DNA of 63,996 bases, the filler included, from Basidioascus undulatus (taxonomy: Eukaryota): the NCBI GenBank assembly GCA_000826855.1. It is 5 parts of 5 records of this genome, joined end to end, with 100 filler letters (N's around TTAATTAATTAA, not from the genome) between each part and the next. Parts side by side here need not be neighbours in the genome. Positions count along the whole stretch, not along the records: positions 25,956 to 38,823 come from JTLS01000869.1; 4 more parts are not named here. The stretch is one strand, 5' to 3'. The position numbers were made by a program, and so were the translations under genes. The notes below the pieces were generated by a model. The model made no database searches, was not told the origin of the DNA, and saw only the letters and a list, made by a program, of their open reading frames with translations. Of the stretch, positions 25,956 through 38,923 are shown piece after piece. Numbering within the stretch: the first letter of the stretch is position 1; each line of letters starts with the position of its first letter.

Positions 25956-26479
25956 AATGAGAAGAGTTGGGAAGCAGAGTAATAGGGTGTGAGGTGGTCA
26001 TAAGAGAGCGGCCGAGGAATCAGGAGGGGAAGAGCGAGATAACAAGAAGAAACGGGAAACGTGAGACGTGAGACGAGTGTTGATATGCTGCACGATCCGG
26101 CGGAAGATCGAGCGTGGCCCTAAACGGGCCTTTTGAGGGTCGGGGAAGCCGACAAGGATAGGGTGGGTGGGAGTGTGTGGATGTGTGGGGTAGGGGGGTG
26201 GTGGGAGGCCGCTCAACGCGACCTGCCGTGCCGCCAAAGGCGCCGCTGCCGCCCGCACCGTTCCCGGGCTGGCTCTGTGCTCGTCGCGCCGGGGGAGGGA
26301 GATCGGTCGCGACAAGTCGCGACGGCGCGCGCGACGCAAGGCGCACTGAGCGCACTGCCTCCACCGCTCGCTATCAAAACGTCGTCACTCTCCCAGGTTC
26401 CCCCAATCGCAGCCTCTTGCATTCTCCAGGCGGGTCAACCTCCCTCTTCCCCTTCAATCATCACATCCCAAAGAAAACC

Positions 26480-28084
26480 TCACAAATCCCAAACCCCCGG
26501 TGCCGTCTCCCCGCGCAAGCCCATCCAGCTCTAGTACGTCTCCTCTCCCGTCCCTCCAGCCACTGCAGTACGCACACCTTTCCACCAGAAGCTGACTACA
26601 TGTCAGGTTCCCATCAGTACGGCCCCCACTCCGAATGGCCAGAAGGTATCCGCTCTACTCGAAGAGCTCAAGGCCGCGTACTCGGACTTCGACTACTCAG
26701 TGCGTCCATCGACTTCGGCAAGAACGAGCAGAAGGAGGACTGGTTCTTGAAGATCAACCCGAATGGCCGGAGTGCGTCTCGACCTTACTGAAGTATTTTC
26801 TGGGATCTCAGTATACAATGCTGATTGCCTGGGCAACGTTAACTAGTTCCGGCCATTGTCGAACCCAACCGCAACGACTTCAAAGTCTTTGAGACCGCTG
26901 CGATTCTGCAGTACCTCGCCATCCATGTGCGCCGTTCTCTTATGGTCTCTACTATGGCTCTTTTCCGCTCATCAAGTTGTTTGCTGTCTATGTAGTACGA
27001 CCCTAAGGGTAAGTTCCACTTCCGCGGGCAGCCAGACTTCGAGAGCGAGGTCATGCAGCACGTGTTCTACTCGGGGAGCCTTCACCTGCCCTGGACATCT
27101 TCACTGAGTGCAGTTAGTTGGATCTTCCGGTCTGTAGTGGATGTTCTTTGTGCACGGTGGGATTGGTCCCATGCAGGGCCAGGCCAACCACTTCTGTGCG
27201 TTGCTTCCCTCTTTCTCTCATGTCGGTATTCTCGTTCCTATCGGTACGGGTGCTGACTACCGTGACACGTAGTCCGCTACGGTGCGCACTTCTATTCTCC
27301 TAATCAGCGCAACGAACATGTTGCTTACTGACGCTGGGCAAACCTCAGCTCCCGAGAAGATCCAATATGGCGTTCGTCCTTGTGCATTTGCATCCCCTCT
27401 GGCGTGCGATCTAACTTCTCACTCCTGAAGATTGACCGCTACATTAACGAAACGAAGCGGCTATACTCCGTCCTTGAGGTCAAGCTGAAGGACAGGGATT
27501 ACCTTGTCGGCCCTGGGCGCGGCTCCTACTCTATCGCGTGCGTTCTGCCGGCCTGCGTCTGAATCAGTCCTCGTCTTTAGTTACTGAAATTCACTTTGTG
27601 GGAATACGGAAGTGATATCAATGCTTTCTCTTGTACGTGACATTTGACTACTGCCTCACCCTATTGAGCTGACCCGACTACCGAACATAACTACCGAACA
27701 TGAAGGGGTCTTCTGGTCCCCCTGGGTACGTCGCATCCCCTGCTGCGGAACTTCCTGTGAAGGCCGACCTCTAGATATTACCCCAGGCTGGCGTATTCCG
27801 CGACGATGTACTGACGCATGTGCGTCTCTGGCTCGACCGGGTGTGGTCGCGCCCGCAGGTGCAAAAGGGCATGGTGCGTCTAACTTTCCATTTCGTCTCT
27901 CTTCCCCTTCCTGATTTCTGAGTCTCTGCCATTCCAGCATGTCTCCCCCAAGCACAATGACCTCATGGATCAATACCTCGACCCGGACTACGAGAAGAAG
28001 CACGAGGAGCTCGCGGAGAAGGAGGCGAAGTGGAACAGCGACTGGATTATGAAGGGCCAGAATGAGCAGGGCGGGAAGAAGTAA
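26480..28084 (+). CDS. Glutathione S-transferase, Ure2p-like class; apparent 1-nt frameshifts, start codon not visible
   Basis: [110 protein letters not shown]. Ends GKK-TAA. Confidence 0.92.
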
Positions 28085-28697
28085 AGAGCGGCGATGTCTT
28101 CGAAGGAACGGGTAATGTTACTTGAGCCAAATATCCCGATCTCTGCGACGGTTTAACATTTCGACCCACTCGTATTCTTTGTGGACGAAGACCGCCTGGT
28201 GCTGGTATGTGCCAGCAGTACCACTGAACACACAACATAGCTCAAGATGACGCCTCGACAGTTTGTCGTTAGAAATAAATTTGTTGGGAAACCCCTTCTG
28301 TGAACAGCTTGCCCGTGACGCTGCAAGAAGGCGAAGGCTGCAGTTGCGGACCAGCTGGCTACGCCCGCCCGCCTTGTGCATTGTTACCGCACAACATCCG
28401 TGCAAGCAGACGTTAACCGCTGCGCCCACCGAAGATATAGTTATTGAAACTAGCCTCGTAGACTTGCATTCCACAAAATCGGCGTCCAGAATATCGATGA
28501 TTCGCAAAATGACGGCATGACCAGGAGGCGCCCCCCGTAGCCTCTTGCTGCGAACCACCGTCTTCTCACTGCCCGGCAGGTCGACTCCATCGCACGCTTT
28601 CGATCCATTCGACTGCCGGAGAGTAGACGCTTCAACAGACCATGCGACTTCCCTTTTTCCATCACTACCACCATCACCATCACCGCCGCCACGCGCC

Positions 28698-31600
28698 ATG
28701 TCCTCGCCTCCGCTACCCGAGCTAAACACCTCTGGCTTCTTCTTCCGTACCTCCTCGAGGCGCACCATCCTGCTCCGGGGGGTCAATCTCGGAGCATCGA
28801 AGTCGCCCAAGGGAGAGCCGTCGCATCTCGAGTTCCTATCGAACGCGCTTGTCGGCGGGCGCGCGCAGTGGGTCGGCTTGCCCATCGACTTGGACGAAGC
28901 GGACGTGCATCTCGCGCGCTTGAGAGGGTGGGGGTTCAACGTGATCCGTTATGCGGTCGTGTGGGAGGCGCTGGAGTGGCAAGGGCCGTGAGTAGCACCA
29001 TTGTTTCGCTGCGAGCCTGAAGGAGACAAAAAGCTGAGAGTCGGGAGGCGCTGGGCAGTGGCAAGTACGACCACGAATTCATCGCGTACACGGTCGAGCT
29101 TCTCAAGCGATGCGAAGTCTTCGGATTCCGGGTGTTTATCAACCCGCATCAAGATCTTGTCCGTCACCTGCCCTTCCTGCCTCTGATCCGCCTCTTCGCT
29201 GATCTGATCGTCCCCCACCTCCTGAACAGTGGAGCCGCTTCTCCGGGGGTTCAGGCGCGCCGCTCTGGACGCTGCACGCGTGCGGGCTCGACCCGACGGG
29301 CTTTCAGAGTACCGAAGCGGCACTCCTGCATAGTGCATGGCCGCCTGGCGATGAGAAGAAGCGGCCGGGCGAGTTTCCGGAGATGATGTGGGTTGACGGC
29401 GAGAAAGGAAGCGTTTGATGTTCTGATTGAAGCTGACTTGAGCACTGGGTTGGGCACAGATGGACGACAAACCATGTGAGATCTTTCCATTGTAGGTGGG
29501 GGGGCGCACGGGGACGGCAAGCTTGCTGATCCGGATGAGGTGGACCCGTAGAACCGACTCGCGGTCCTCACCCTCTTCACGCTCTTTTTCGCCGGGCGGA
29601 CCTACGCGCCCAAGTGCACAATAGATGGGCAGAACATCCAGGTGCGCGGGGTTTTTGTACCCCGCTATCTCTTCAGCTTGGCTAAGCGGATCAGGACCTT
29701 GCAGGACTACCTCCAGACGCGCTACTACCTCGCCTATCAGATGCTCGCCCGCGCACTTTCGGACGCGGGGCTCTTAGAAGGCTGTGTGATGGGGTGGGAC
29801 TCGATGAATGAGCCTGATGCTGGGTGCGTGTACAACTCACTTCCGCCCATCTCGCCAAATGAGACTGACAGATTGCATGGCGTTGGCGGATGGACAGCTA
29901 TATTGGCTTGGAGGATTTGAGTAGTATTGGGAAAACCCCAATTGCGAAGATGGGCAGCACGCCGACGGGCATCGAAGGTCCGTTATTACATCCTTCCGTT
30001 CTCACCGATCACCCTTTTCTCTCGTCTTCGTCCACATTGGCAACTGACTCATGGACGCACGCGGGACGCTCAGGCATGCGCCTTGGCATAGGTCAAGCGC
30101 AGACGGTCGAGCGCTGGCACCTTGGCAAGACAGGCCCGCACAAGGACGGACATGTGTCCGTCGACCCGGGCGGGCGACGAGCGTGGCTGCGCGAGGAGGT
30201 CGAGCGATGGGGTTGGAGAAGGGATCCGGGCTGGGAGTTGGGGGTGCGTTTCTGTCTTCTACGAAGAGAGGGCGGGCAGAGGGCGGGAGAGCTGATAAAG
30301 TAGAGGGACGGGAAACAGACCTGCGTCTGGGCACTTCATGGCGTTTGGGATGTGGAGACGGGAGAGTTGAAGCAGCCTGGATATTTCAAGCGCTCGGAAG
30401 GTTTCGTAGAAACGTTTTGGTTGGAATTCCGTACGCCCTTTCATCCTCACGTCTTTGCGCAGTCTCTTTCGCATTCAGCTGAGGCTGATGAGTTTCTCTG
30501 ACGCGGTAGATGAGAGATGGACGCATTCCATGAGAGAGGTCGATCCACGCGGCATCATCTTCGTCCAGCCTAGCGTGTTTGCCCCCCCGCCGAAAGTGGC
30601 GCATACCGATAATAGAACGGTCTACAGCGCTCACTACTACGTACGTCTGAGGGTTGTAGGAGGTGGATAAGGGTGAATGCTTACTCGTAGGGAGCTTTGA
30701 ATAGGACGGGTTAACCATCAGTACGCAGCTTTCAGATCCCACACTCCCCCAAAATGGAACTGAGCTTTGGTTGTTTGGGTAGTGCACCGTGCGGTCTCCG
30801 GTTCGGCCCTGTATAGCTTTCTCAACTGACTGATCTATTTTCGCAGGGCACTGGCACAAGCGTTGGAACGCAGACGGTCCGTCTTCATCTCTCTCTCCTC
30901 CGCCCTCTTTTACACCCAATCCCATTGCTTATGCAAAACTCCAAGCACAGTCGTCGGCATCCTCCGCGAGCACCACCCGACGCCGCTGCTTGGCTTGCGC
31001 GTGGGAGAGAACGCCGTGCGCCGCGCGTTTGCTCACCAGCTTGCCATGCTTGCGAGCGACGCGCGCGAGGTGCTCGGGGACTTCCCGACGGTCATTGGAG
31101 AAACGGGTGCGTGTTCGAAGTCACGGCAGAAGGGTGATACAGCGCTGACTCGGCTGAAACGGGCGAACCCGCCGTGAGCAGGCATTCCAATGGACTTGGA
31201 TGATTCCCGCGCGTACAAGAAGGGCGGCAAGTGGGAGGGCGACTGGACAGCTCAGACACAGGCGATGGATGCTATCCTTTCCGGCTGCGTGCGTATTGTT
31301 TTCGTTGTGCCACAGTACTGGGAAGCGCTGACCGGTGCGGGTGAGGATTAATGCAGGATGCCAGCTTGCTGAATTACACCATCTGGCTCTACGCCCCATA
31401 CAACTCCCACGAGTTCGGGGACGAGTGGAACAGGGAGGACATGAGGTCGGCTGTCTGGGGCGACCTCAGGAAGATGGCAGGCTGATAATTGGGAAGCTTG
31501 TTCGGGCAGCATATTCTCCGCCGACGATTTCGGCCTAGACCCCGGCTCGTCTGCTTGCTGGACGCGTACCGAGCTCTCCAGTCTCTACAGCTCCCGCTCC

Positions 31601-32197
31601 TCCGACGCACCCGACGCCGGCGAATCCCGCACCATGACCGACGCGCTGCGGCATGCCTCCCTCTCCTCGCCCCTTCCCTCGCCCAGTCTATGTCCCTCTG
31701 CGCAACTCACGCCCGCCCAAGCCGCTTCCGCACTCCTCATTGCTGGCGCGCGCGCCCTTCTCGCATTCTGCCGCCCATACCCGCTCGCCTGCGAAGGCAC
31801 GCCGACGCACATCCATTTCGACTACGCGACTTCGGCGTTCGAGCTACGCGTGCGCGTGGATGCGGGGCGCGCCGAGTGCGCCACTGAGGTGTACACTCCC
31901 TTTGTGCACTACGGCGCTGCGACGGAGGAGGAGCGCAGGGGCAGCGGAGTGAAGACCCGGATGCAGCTGCGGGAGGGGAAGCAGGAGCGACTGGAAGGGG
32001 AAGTGAGAGACGGATTAGCGAGGGCTGCGAGGGAGAGGTGTCTGGATGTTGGGGAGCTTTCGGTAGAGGTGGAAGTGAGCGAAGGGAGCTGGGATGTGGT
32101 CGGGCAGGTGTTGAAGTGGACATATGACGCGGAGAGGAAGGAGGACAGGGAGGTGCGCTTGAAGATGAAGAGACGCGGTGGTCAGCGGATAGTTTAG
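28698..32197 (+). CDS. Glycoside hydrolase family 5, subfamily 12-like (endoglycoceramidase-related protein / steryl-beta-glucosidase)
   Basis: [56 protein letters not shown]. Acid/base motif [11 protein letters not shown], nucleophile motif [29 protein letters not shown]. Confidence 0.93.
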
Positions 32198-33156
32198 AGA
32201 GCAGAGATATGGAAGCTTGTGATATTTATAGGACCGATTCTGATGACGACTTCCCTTGCATGCGGGATTTAATGGCTTATACAGCAATCCAAGCACCCTC
32301 AGCCGGAAGACGTCCATGCGCTTGCGTTTGAGAGCAACTTGCACAGCTGCGCCATGGTCGTTGTCCACTGGTTGTATCAGTGGAACCCGCTTATGAGTGA
32401 AGGCAGTCGAACTGGAGGCCGACCGAAAATTTCAAAAAGTATCCGACTTTCGGACTAGTTTTCGTCGGGGTGATAGGCAAGCAAGGGCCTGCTAGTATAT
32501 CCTCGCCATTTGAGAAAGCTTCATTTTTAATAGTGTTTTTAGAAGTACATACCAACCAAATTATGTCCGGGGGTAAAGACCAGAGAAAGAAGGCAAGGGG
32601 GAAGGGTGAAGACCACGGTTGGACGAGAGTGCGGTCTCTCAGATATAGTCGTTGGATTGGTGGTTGCAAATGCTCAGATACAGAAGAGTCCATATCGTTC
32701 TCTCCAGGTAGGCTGACGTCCGACCTCCGACTGAATCTGCTCCCGTTGAGTGTTGATGCCGCCCGCAACATTACTCCGTGGATGCGTGCTTCCACCGATG
32801 GTCCGGTCCGCAGACGTTGAGTGGGATAGGGAGTGACTTCGGTCCGAGTTTGCTCTGCCCCAAGGCCAGACTCGAGCCGCGTCAGCCAGAAAGAGCCGTT
32901 TTCATAGCGATAGAGTGCTATACCTAAAATCGTAGGCCAGCAGGTTGACCATGGCACGCTGAGTCGAGCAATGTCTGTCAGTGAGAGTGAAGCATTTCCG
33001 GCTTGAATGCCAGCCCTGGAAAATCGCACCCCCGACAGTATGACTTGAACACTGAGCGATGGTCCCTGCAGGTCGGCAATTCAGTTTAAAGGAAGAGTGG
33101 GTGGCTTCACAGCTGAGCAAATGACCGTGAACAAGTATGACATCTGCAAAGCAAAA

Positions 33157-33181
33157 ATAATAATAAATAATAATAATAATA
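33157..33181. repeat. Imperfect (AAT)n microsatellite
   Basis: aataataataaataataataataat. Confidence 0.8.
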
Positions 33182-34399
33182 AAACTCTTGGGCTTGAATA
33201 GTTGTTCAAATGAGAGCGCTCTACCGAGCATTTAGACGAAGTACTGTGGTCCGAAAGCAGGCCAGTCAGCATATCGAAGTGCATGTAGGAGAAAGCAGCG
33301 CTCACCGAACATGACAGTACACAAATTCAGCACTCAGACGGCGACCACGCACATGACCCTGTCACAAAACAGTACGTGGCTGGCCCCATAGGACTTCGTC
33401 CCATGCCCCAGTAGCTTATAGCTTTGCAGCGCAACGCACACGACATCGAAGCCAACACTTGCGCTCGGCTTCAGCATCCACTTGCGTTCTTGCACAGGTA
33501 GTCCAGTATTGGATGAACTGTATACCTAGAGGCCTAAAATGTAGTAAAATAGTATAGAAGGTTAAAAGAAGGCGTTGCACTGAAGATAGGTGCTGCAAAA
33601 CTCACCGAGGTTCGCGCTCCGTTTGGGCATGCCCATCACACACTGTCAGCCGACCCAGGAGGTGTCGATCAAAGCGGCAGCTTAGGACCAAATAGCAAGC
33701 TATTCAATATAAGTTAGCATAGATGGACCCGTGATAGATTATAGTCTGTGTGTAGCAAGCTGACCTAACCGAGTTGTAAAGCAGCGAGCAAGATCCAGAC
33801 GACCTTGTTCCCCTTCCATAGGGCCCCGGCCCTAAATGAAAGGGCGGAGATATAAAAAAATTCACAAGGGAGCTATAGAAGACTAGGAGCTGGCCAGACG
33901 GACCGGAGAGCGAATATGGCGCTTGATGTAGCTGTGCAAACGATGGCCATCGTGGCAGCGGCTCGCATGTAGACTGCGGAGGACGCCATCTCAACTCAAA
34001 TACTCTCGCTGCACTCAGTCGTGGAGGGGCGTACCTTGGCAGTCAGTTTGTGACTTCGCGCACAGTGTTGATCAGCATCAAACCCCCTGGCGGTCGCATT
34101 GTTCGACAGACCTGCGTCTTGAAAATCACTGTCCAGTGTTCCTGTCAGGGTCATGGCATCGGAATTCGGACGAAAGTATTTGTTTAAGACTCACTGATAT
34201 ATACAGTTCCCGCGAACCCCCTGTGAAGTACAGTTAGACAGGCTCACTGTCCGTGCACTCAAGCGCTCCCCTTCACTCACGCTGCGCGTCCCAGAAAGTT
34301 GAGAGCCATAGGCCACTTGAAGCGCAGCTCTCCCGACAACAATCGCCATTCAAGCATTGGGGAATGTATTACACACTCCCAAACGAGTATTCCCTGAGG

Positions 34400-35741
34400 G
34401 CGGCATGAGAGTTATTGCAACGAAGACCGTCAGCGAAAAATGAAGACGGTGTCTCTTACCAAATAGCCTAGGAGAACGCCATACACTATTTCTGGAAAAG
34501 CGGCCGAATAGTTATATATTGAAGTCCAGACATGATGTTAGAACACTGAGGATGCATATTGCGGAACAAAGGTTCCCTTCGACGATGGACCAGTGACTAG
34601 GGTGACTAGAGGAACACGATTTGGGTAAGGGTCTGGACGCCTAACGGATGGAGGCAGGCTGGAAGGTGTTCAAGAATGCAGAAACTGGTTCAGAGATGGA
34701 GGTTTTCGTGTCACGCACCGTGGACAACAGAATTCTGCAGACGTCGTAGTCATCTCGCGCAATTTGACGGGAAATCACCTCATCGTTTTGTCGAGGACTG
34801 TTTCGGGGACGTCCGTTGGGCGGGGGTTCGGAGCTCGCAGCAGTGCCGCTGTGAGGATCGAGCGACAATATGTCACAACCCTCCTCTGCGGGACGATCCT
34901 TCCCCCACACAAGGCGATCACCTCCTTTCCCGACCTCGCTACTTTTCTCGGACGCAATTGCACGGTGCTCATAAACAACGGGACGCTGTTCAAGTGGAAG
35001 GTGCGGTCACCAATTGCTCTCCGATTCTTTGGCACTTGCGCTGAACGAGTTACGCGCCTGTAAAGCCCAACGAGATCGCTATCATGCTGCGCTTCTCGGC
35101 GCGTTCCACAGCCGGCCGGGCGGCACCGACTTTCAGGTTCTCTGGAAGCTTCCCGACGCCTAAAGTTTGCGGACATGATCGAAAATCGTCTAGGAGAATG
35201 CTCGCGAGTCGTTCAAGATTGTCGACTGGATGGACGCGCCGACCGTTACGGTGCTCTCGCATCCGTACCTGGCTGTGTGGGTGCATCACGCTGGAGCCAG
35301 TGAGTTTCGAAACCCTTCGGCATCGAATGAAATTGCTGATTTGAATATAACTTCTCCCGAAAGACTCTATTCACGAAGCTTCCTAGCATGTGACGCTCCG
35401 CATGCCATTAACTGCAGCGCTTTCGCAGCCTCACTTCCAGCTCTGGCCCATCCTCTCCTTGGCCAGCGGCGGTATCCCCCAGATCCTTCTCGCCCACTGG
35501 TTGGACCTGTACCACTATAACACTCGCGTCGATATGCTAGGCCAAGGCATCTTCGCCAACAAGAGCGCCCCGACCTCCCTTTTTCGACGCGCCCGAGCTC
35601 GAGGCCGCGCTCATCCGCATCCTCGGGCCTGAAGATTCGCGCTTCCGCCAGAGGGCGCCTGAGCTCGCAGAGGCCTGCAAGGCGGGTGGGGGCGCAGAGC
35701 AGGCCGCTCAGGCTGTTCTGGAGGTGGCCCAGGGGAAGTGA
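34400..35741 (+). pseudogene. UDP-glycosyltransferase (GT1), disrupted; 5' limit approximate
   Basis: LCGTILP..DLATFLGRNCTVLINNGT. PSPG-like box WMDAPTVTVLSHPYLAVWVHHAGA|SIHEA*, GIPQILLAHWLDLYHYNTRVDMLGQGIFANKSAP, FRQRAPELAEACKAGGGAEQAA. Stops and frameshifts present. Confidence 0.8.
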
Positions 35742-36977
35742 CTTTTCGTCCAAGGGAGCTATGTATTCATGTGTTCCTTTCATTGGGGTTCTTGCCGGGT
35801 CGACATGTAGAGTGGGTTGCTTCCCACGATTGTACGGATTCTGGGGTGGTGTCCTCTTTCATCTTCACTACAAAGCTTTCCGGAAGTTTGGACATGCCAT
35901 ACAAGAACCGGGCCGGGACGTCTGCAACGGCAGTCGGGGGCGTCCTTGGCCTTCTCGACAGGGATGCAGCAGCGGAGATTCGTCCCTCTAACGACGCCAT
36001 TGACACCGAGCTGGGGTGGTTGAAATTTCCATTATTCTGATGTACTTGGCCAGTTTTCTTCTGAACTTGAGCAACTCCTGATCACAAGGTCAGCGCTGCA
36101 GCTTTCAGTCGCGGTTCTAGGCTTTGCGGATGCACCTGCCTGTATAGCTAATGTAGAACTTTTGTTGCAAAGGTAGGAATCACGTGTATAGCACACGTCC
36201 ATAAAGTCGACGATGGCTGGCAGCCACGCACTTTATGGACTTGCGGGCGTACCTGGGGGCCAGGCGGGGTTTCTTCAATTTCAGAGTCACTCCAGCGGCT
36301 TCACTTTCAGATCAGTGTATATGCTCGTAGCTTTTTACGATTAGTTTGGACATTTCTTCCAGTTGGATCACGAGACTGCGTTAAATGTTCAAGTGCAAGT
36401 GCAGTCGAACTTGGATAGGATAGCTAGCATGAGTTGGCAATGGGGCGGTAGTCGACATCAAATAGTCTAGGCGTCCAGCATATGCGGCCGAGAATGCGAT
36501 GTGATCTCTATGTCGATCGTTCCACGTATTATGAAAAGGCAAGCTTTAATTTATATACCAGAGGTAGGGTATGCTTGTACATTGCCTCTGGACGATGCAA
36601 ATGCCAATAAGGCGATTTCTCCTGATGGGCCTCCCTCTCACTCTACATCGTGCTCATGGACTTTTTTTTCTACTTGAAGATATAGATGTGTGCTCTACCA
36701 GAAATCCATCGGAAGGCATTTACTGGCATGTGGGAGTGCTCCTGGGCGGAGGTGCTTTGGCAGCAGGCACACACATCCTTCAGGGCTCATCAACTGCGCA
36801 CCACGACGGCCCCATCTTCACATCCTTGCCACAACGTATCAAAACATGCTACTCTCTAGAGCCTCCTTCGTTCCAACATGCTCTTCATCATGATCCATTT
36901 TTGAGACGGGATTGAGCTTCGCACTGTTTGCATAGGGAGTCAGCTTTAATTAGACCTTATTATTCTTCCGCGAATAC

Positions 36978-38070
36978 TTACCCTCCAGCATCCGCCAGGT
37001 CCTGCGTCGACGCCTCTAGCTCCTCAACCCATGCCCAGCGCTCTGGGTTAACAAGGCGCACCACGAGCGGCTTGCTCTCCCGGAGACCATTGCGCGTGGG
37101 GCATATGACGACGTCTCGCTTGCGGAGCTTGAAGCCCCGGCCATCGTACTTGAGCAGCGCGCGGTGGGTTTTGGGCTGGCCCTGCACCACCCACGGCACA
37201 GCGACTGAGCGCATGTTGGTCCGCTCAATGAGCGTGTCGCGTGGGTAATAGCATGTGGCGTGTGAGAAGAGCGAGTTGATCACGCAGGAAGAGTGCTACG
37301 TGAGTAGGAGAGGAGAACAGCGGGGGGCGGCCATGGAGAGGATTAGTGACCGGACGAGGGCGAGGAGACGGAGATAATGGGGATGAAAGAATTCAAATGA
37401 TGGCGCACGAATTCAGCGAAGGGGTCAAGGGAATTCTGTCTACGAACGAATATGTCAGGTCAAGCTTTGTTCCGTGCACCATCCCTGTCTAACACTCAAC
37501 ACGCAAGAGCTTGCTCACCTCGGTCGTAGACTCGATGATATCGATCTTCGTCCCAGTATGCTCATTGCTGAACTTTGCCGTCATCCCGATGCTCCCAAAC
37601 TCCTCCCCATCCAAGTAGCTCTGGATGTCCATGTCTATCGTGTACCCCTGGAAAATGACTAGGTGGTGCGCGACGAGCTCGAGCGCGCCCTTGGACAATA
37701 GAAGGCGAGGTCGTCCGCCCAGTGCTCGCGCACAAGAACGCGAGGGCTGAGCCGCCGCTGATGAAGCTCTTGGTGGAAAGAACGAGAGCGAGGAACAGCT
37801 CAGGGGAGTGAGGGGCGTAGCGCCGCAGGAGCGCCATGTACGCGTAGCGGACGTGGGAGAGCGTCAGGTTGCGGAGACGCTTAGAGATGAGGCTCAGAGT
37901 GTGTAGGTCTTATAGATGAAGCTGAGGAAGGACAAAGCCCTGTCTCACAACGAGTGCGCGGGTCGTCAGTACTACGCGTTACGCACGCTTCTGCAGCAGG
38001 TCGTAGAGGCGGACTAGGATAACATCGTATGGAGAACCTCGGCTCCGCGATAGCACCAGTTGACTACCAT
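36978..38070 (-). pseudogene. F-box plus pol-beta-like nucleotidyltransferase-fold protein, disrupted as assembled
   Basis: F-box LPYDVIL|GFVLPQLHL*DLHTLSLISKRLRNL, then FISGGSALAF..HWADDLAFYCP, KIDIIES, HSSCVIN, CYYPRDTL, LLKYDGRGF. Confidence 0.65.
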
Positions 38071-38750
38071 GATAGTCCAGAATTTACCAGCGAAGCCGCA
38101 CCAGGACTGAGAGATTTGTAAATGTAGACTGCTGGACAAACGAGCAAAGGCAAGATGCGGGAGGACGCTTGGTTCGAGACGCGACCTGAGTCCCTCGAAT
38201 CAGTTTTCAAGGGAACCCATATAGCCAACGCTCACCATCACGCTACTTGTCACTTACACGTCTCAGTCTTGGGTGTTCTGGAGTGTTGTAGTTATTCTTA
38301 CCTTGCGATCGCATTAGGTTTGGAGATGGGTTTCCGAAGTGGCAGCATCAGCCAGAAGTAATGCGCTCGCGAGTCGGTAGCGGCTACTGCATACTGGGCG
38401 TGGCCATTGATGGGCACGGCTTTACCAAAGGCATTCAGCTGTGTCAAAAGATCAATAAGTAAATACTTGTTTGTGGTGAAGAAAGGAATCAAACCCTGTC
38501 CTGGCGGCAAGCGACCGCAGCCATCCATTGTTCACTTCCACCCGAAGTGTGTTTGTTCGCAGTACTGCACAGTTGTAGTCTGCCTGGCTGAACAGGAGAG
38601 CAACTCTAAAAAGTTTGGGAGACCAAACGTGATCATCCGTTGCTCATTCTGAAAGGAGGCACAACTCTGTAGGGGCGGCTTCGGACGCGAAATGACCATG
38701 TGTGTGTGTACACAGGCAAATCAGAGAAGCAAAAGCAAAAAAAAAGAGAA

Positions 38751-38823
38751 TGACCACTGCAGGGCTCGATCCTGCGACATTTTGCGTGTTAAGCAAACAC
38801 TCTACCAACTGAGTTAAGCGGCC
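38751..38823 (-). tRNA. tRNA-Val: tRNA-Val (anticodon AAC), intronless
   Basis: GGCCGCTTAACTCAGTTGGTAGAGTGTTTGCTTAACACGCAAAATGTCGCAGGATCGAGCCCTGCAGTGGTCA folds as a cloverleaf. An oligo-T Pol III terminator follows. Confidence 0.95.
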
Positions 38824-38923
38824 NNNNNNNNNNNNNNNNNNNNNNNNNNNNNNNNNNNNNNNNNNNNTTAATTAATTAANNNNNNNNNNNNNNNNNNNNN
38901 NNNNNNNNNNNNNNNNNNNNNNN
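38824..38923. other. Artificial contig linker
   Basis: 44 N + TTAATTAATTAA + 44 N. Confidence 0.99.

Noticed and set aside
10142..37912. TAA/TAG-to-Gln genetic code reassignment, suggested by in-frame stops at Gln-like positions
   Set aside because: RPS25, GST and CFEM end in TAA and the GH5 ends in TAG at the expected C-termini. The conserved exons I checked have no internal stops.
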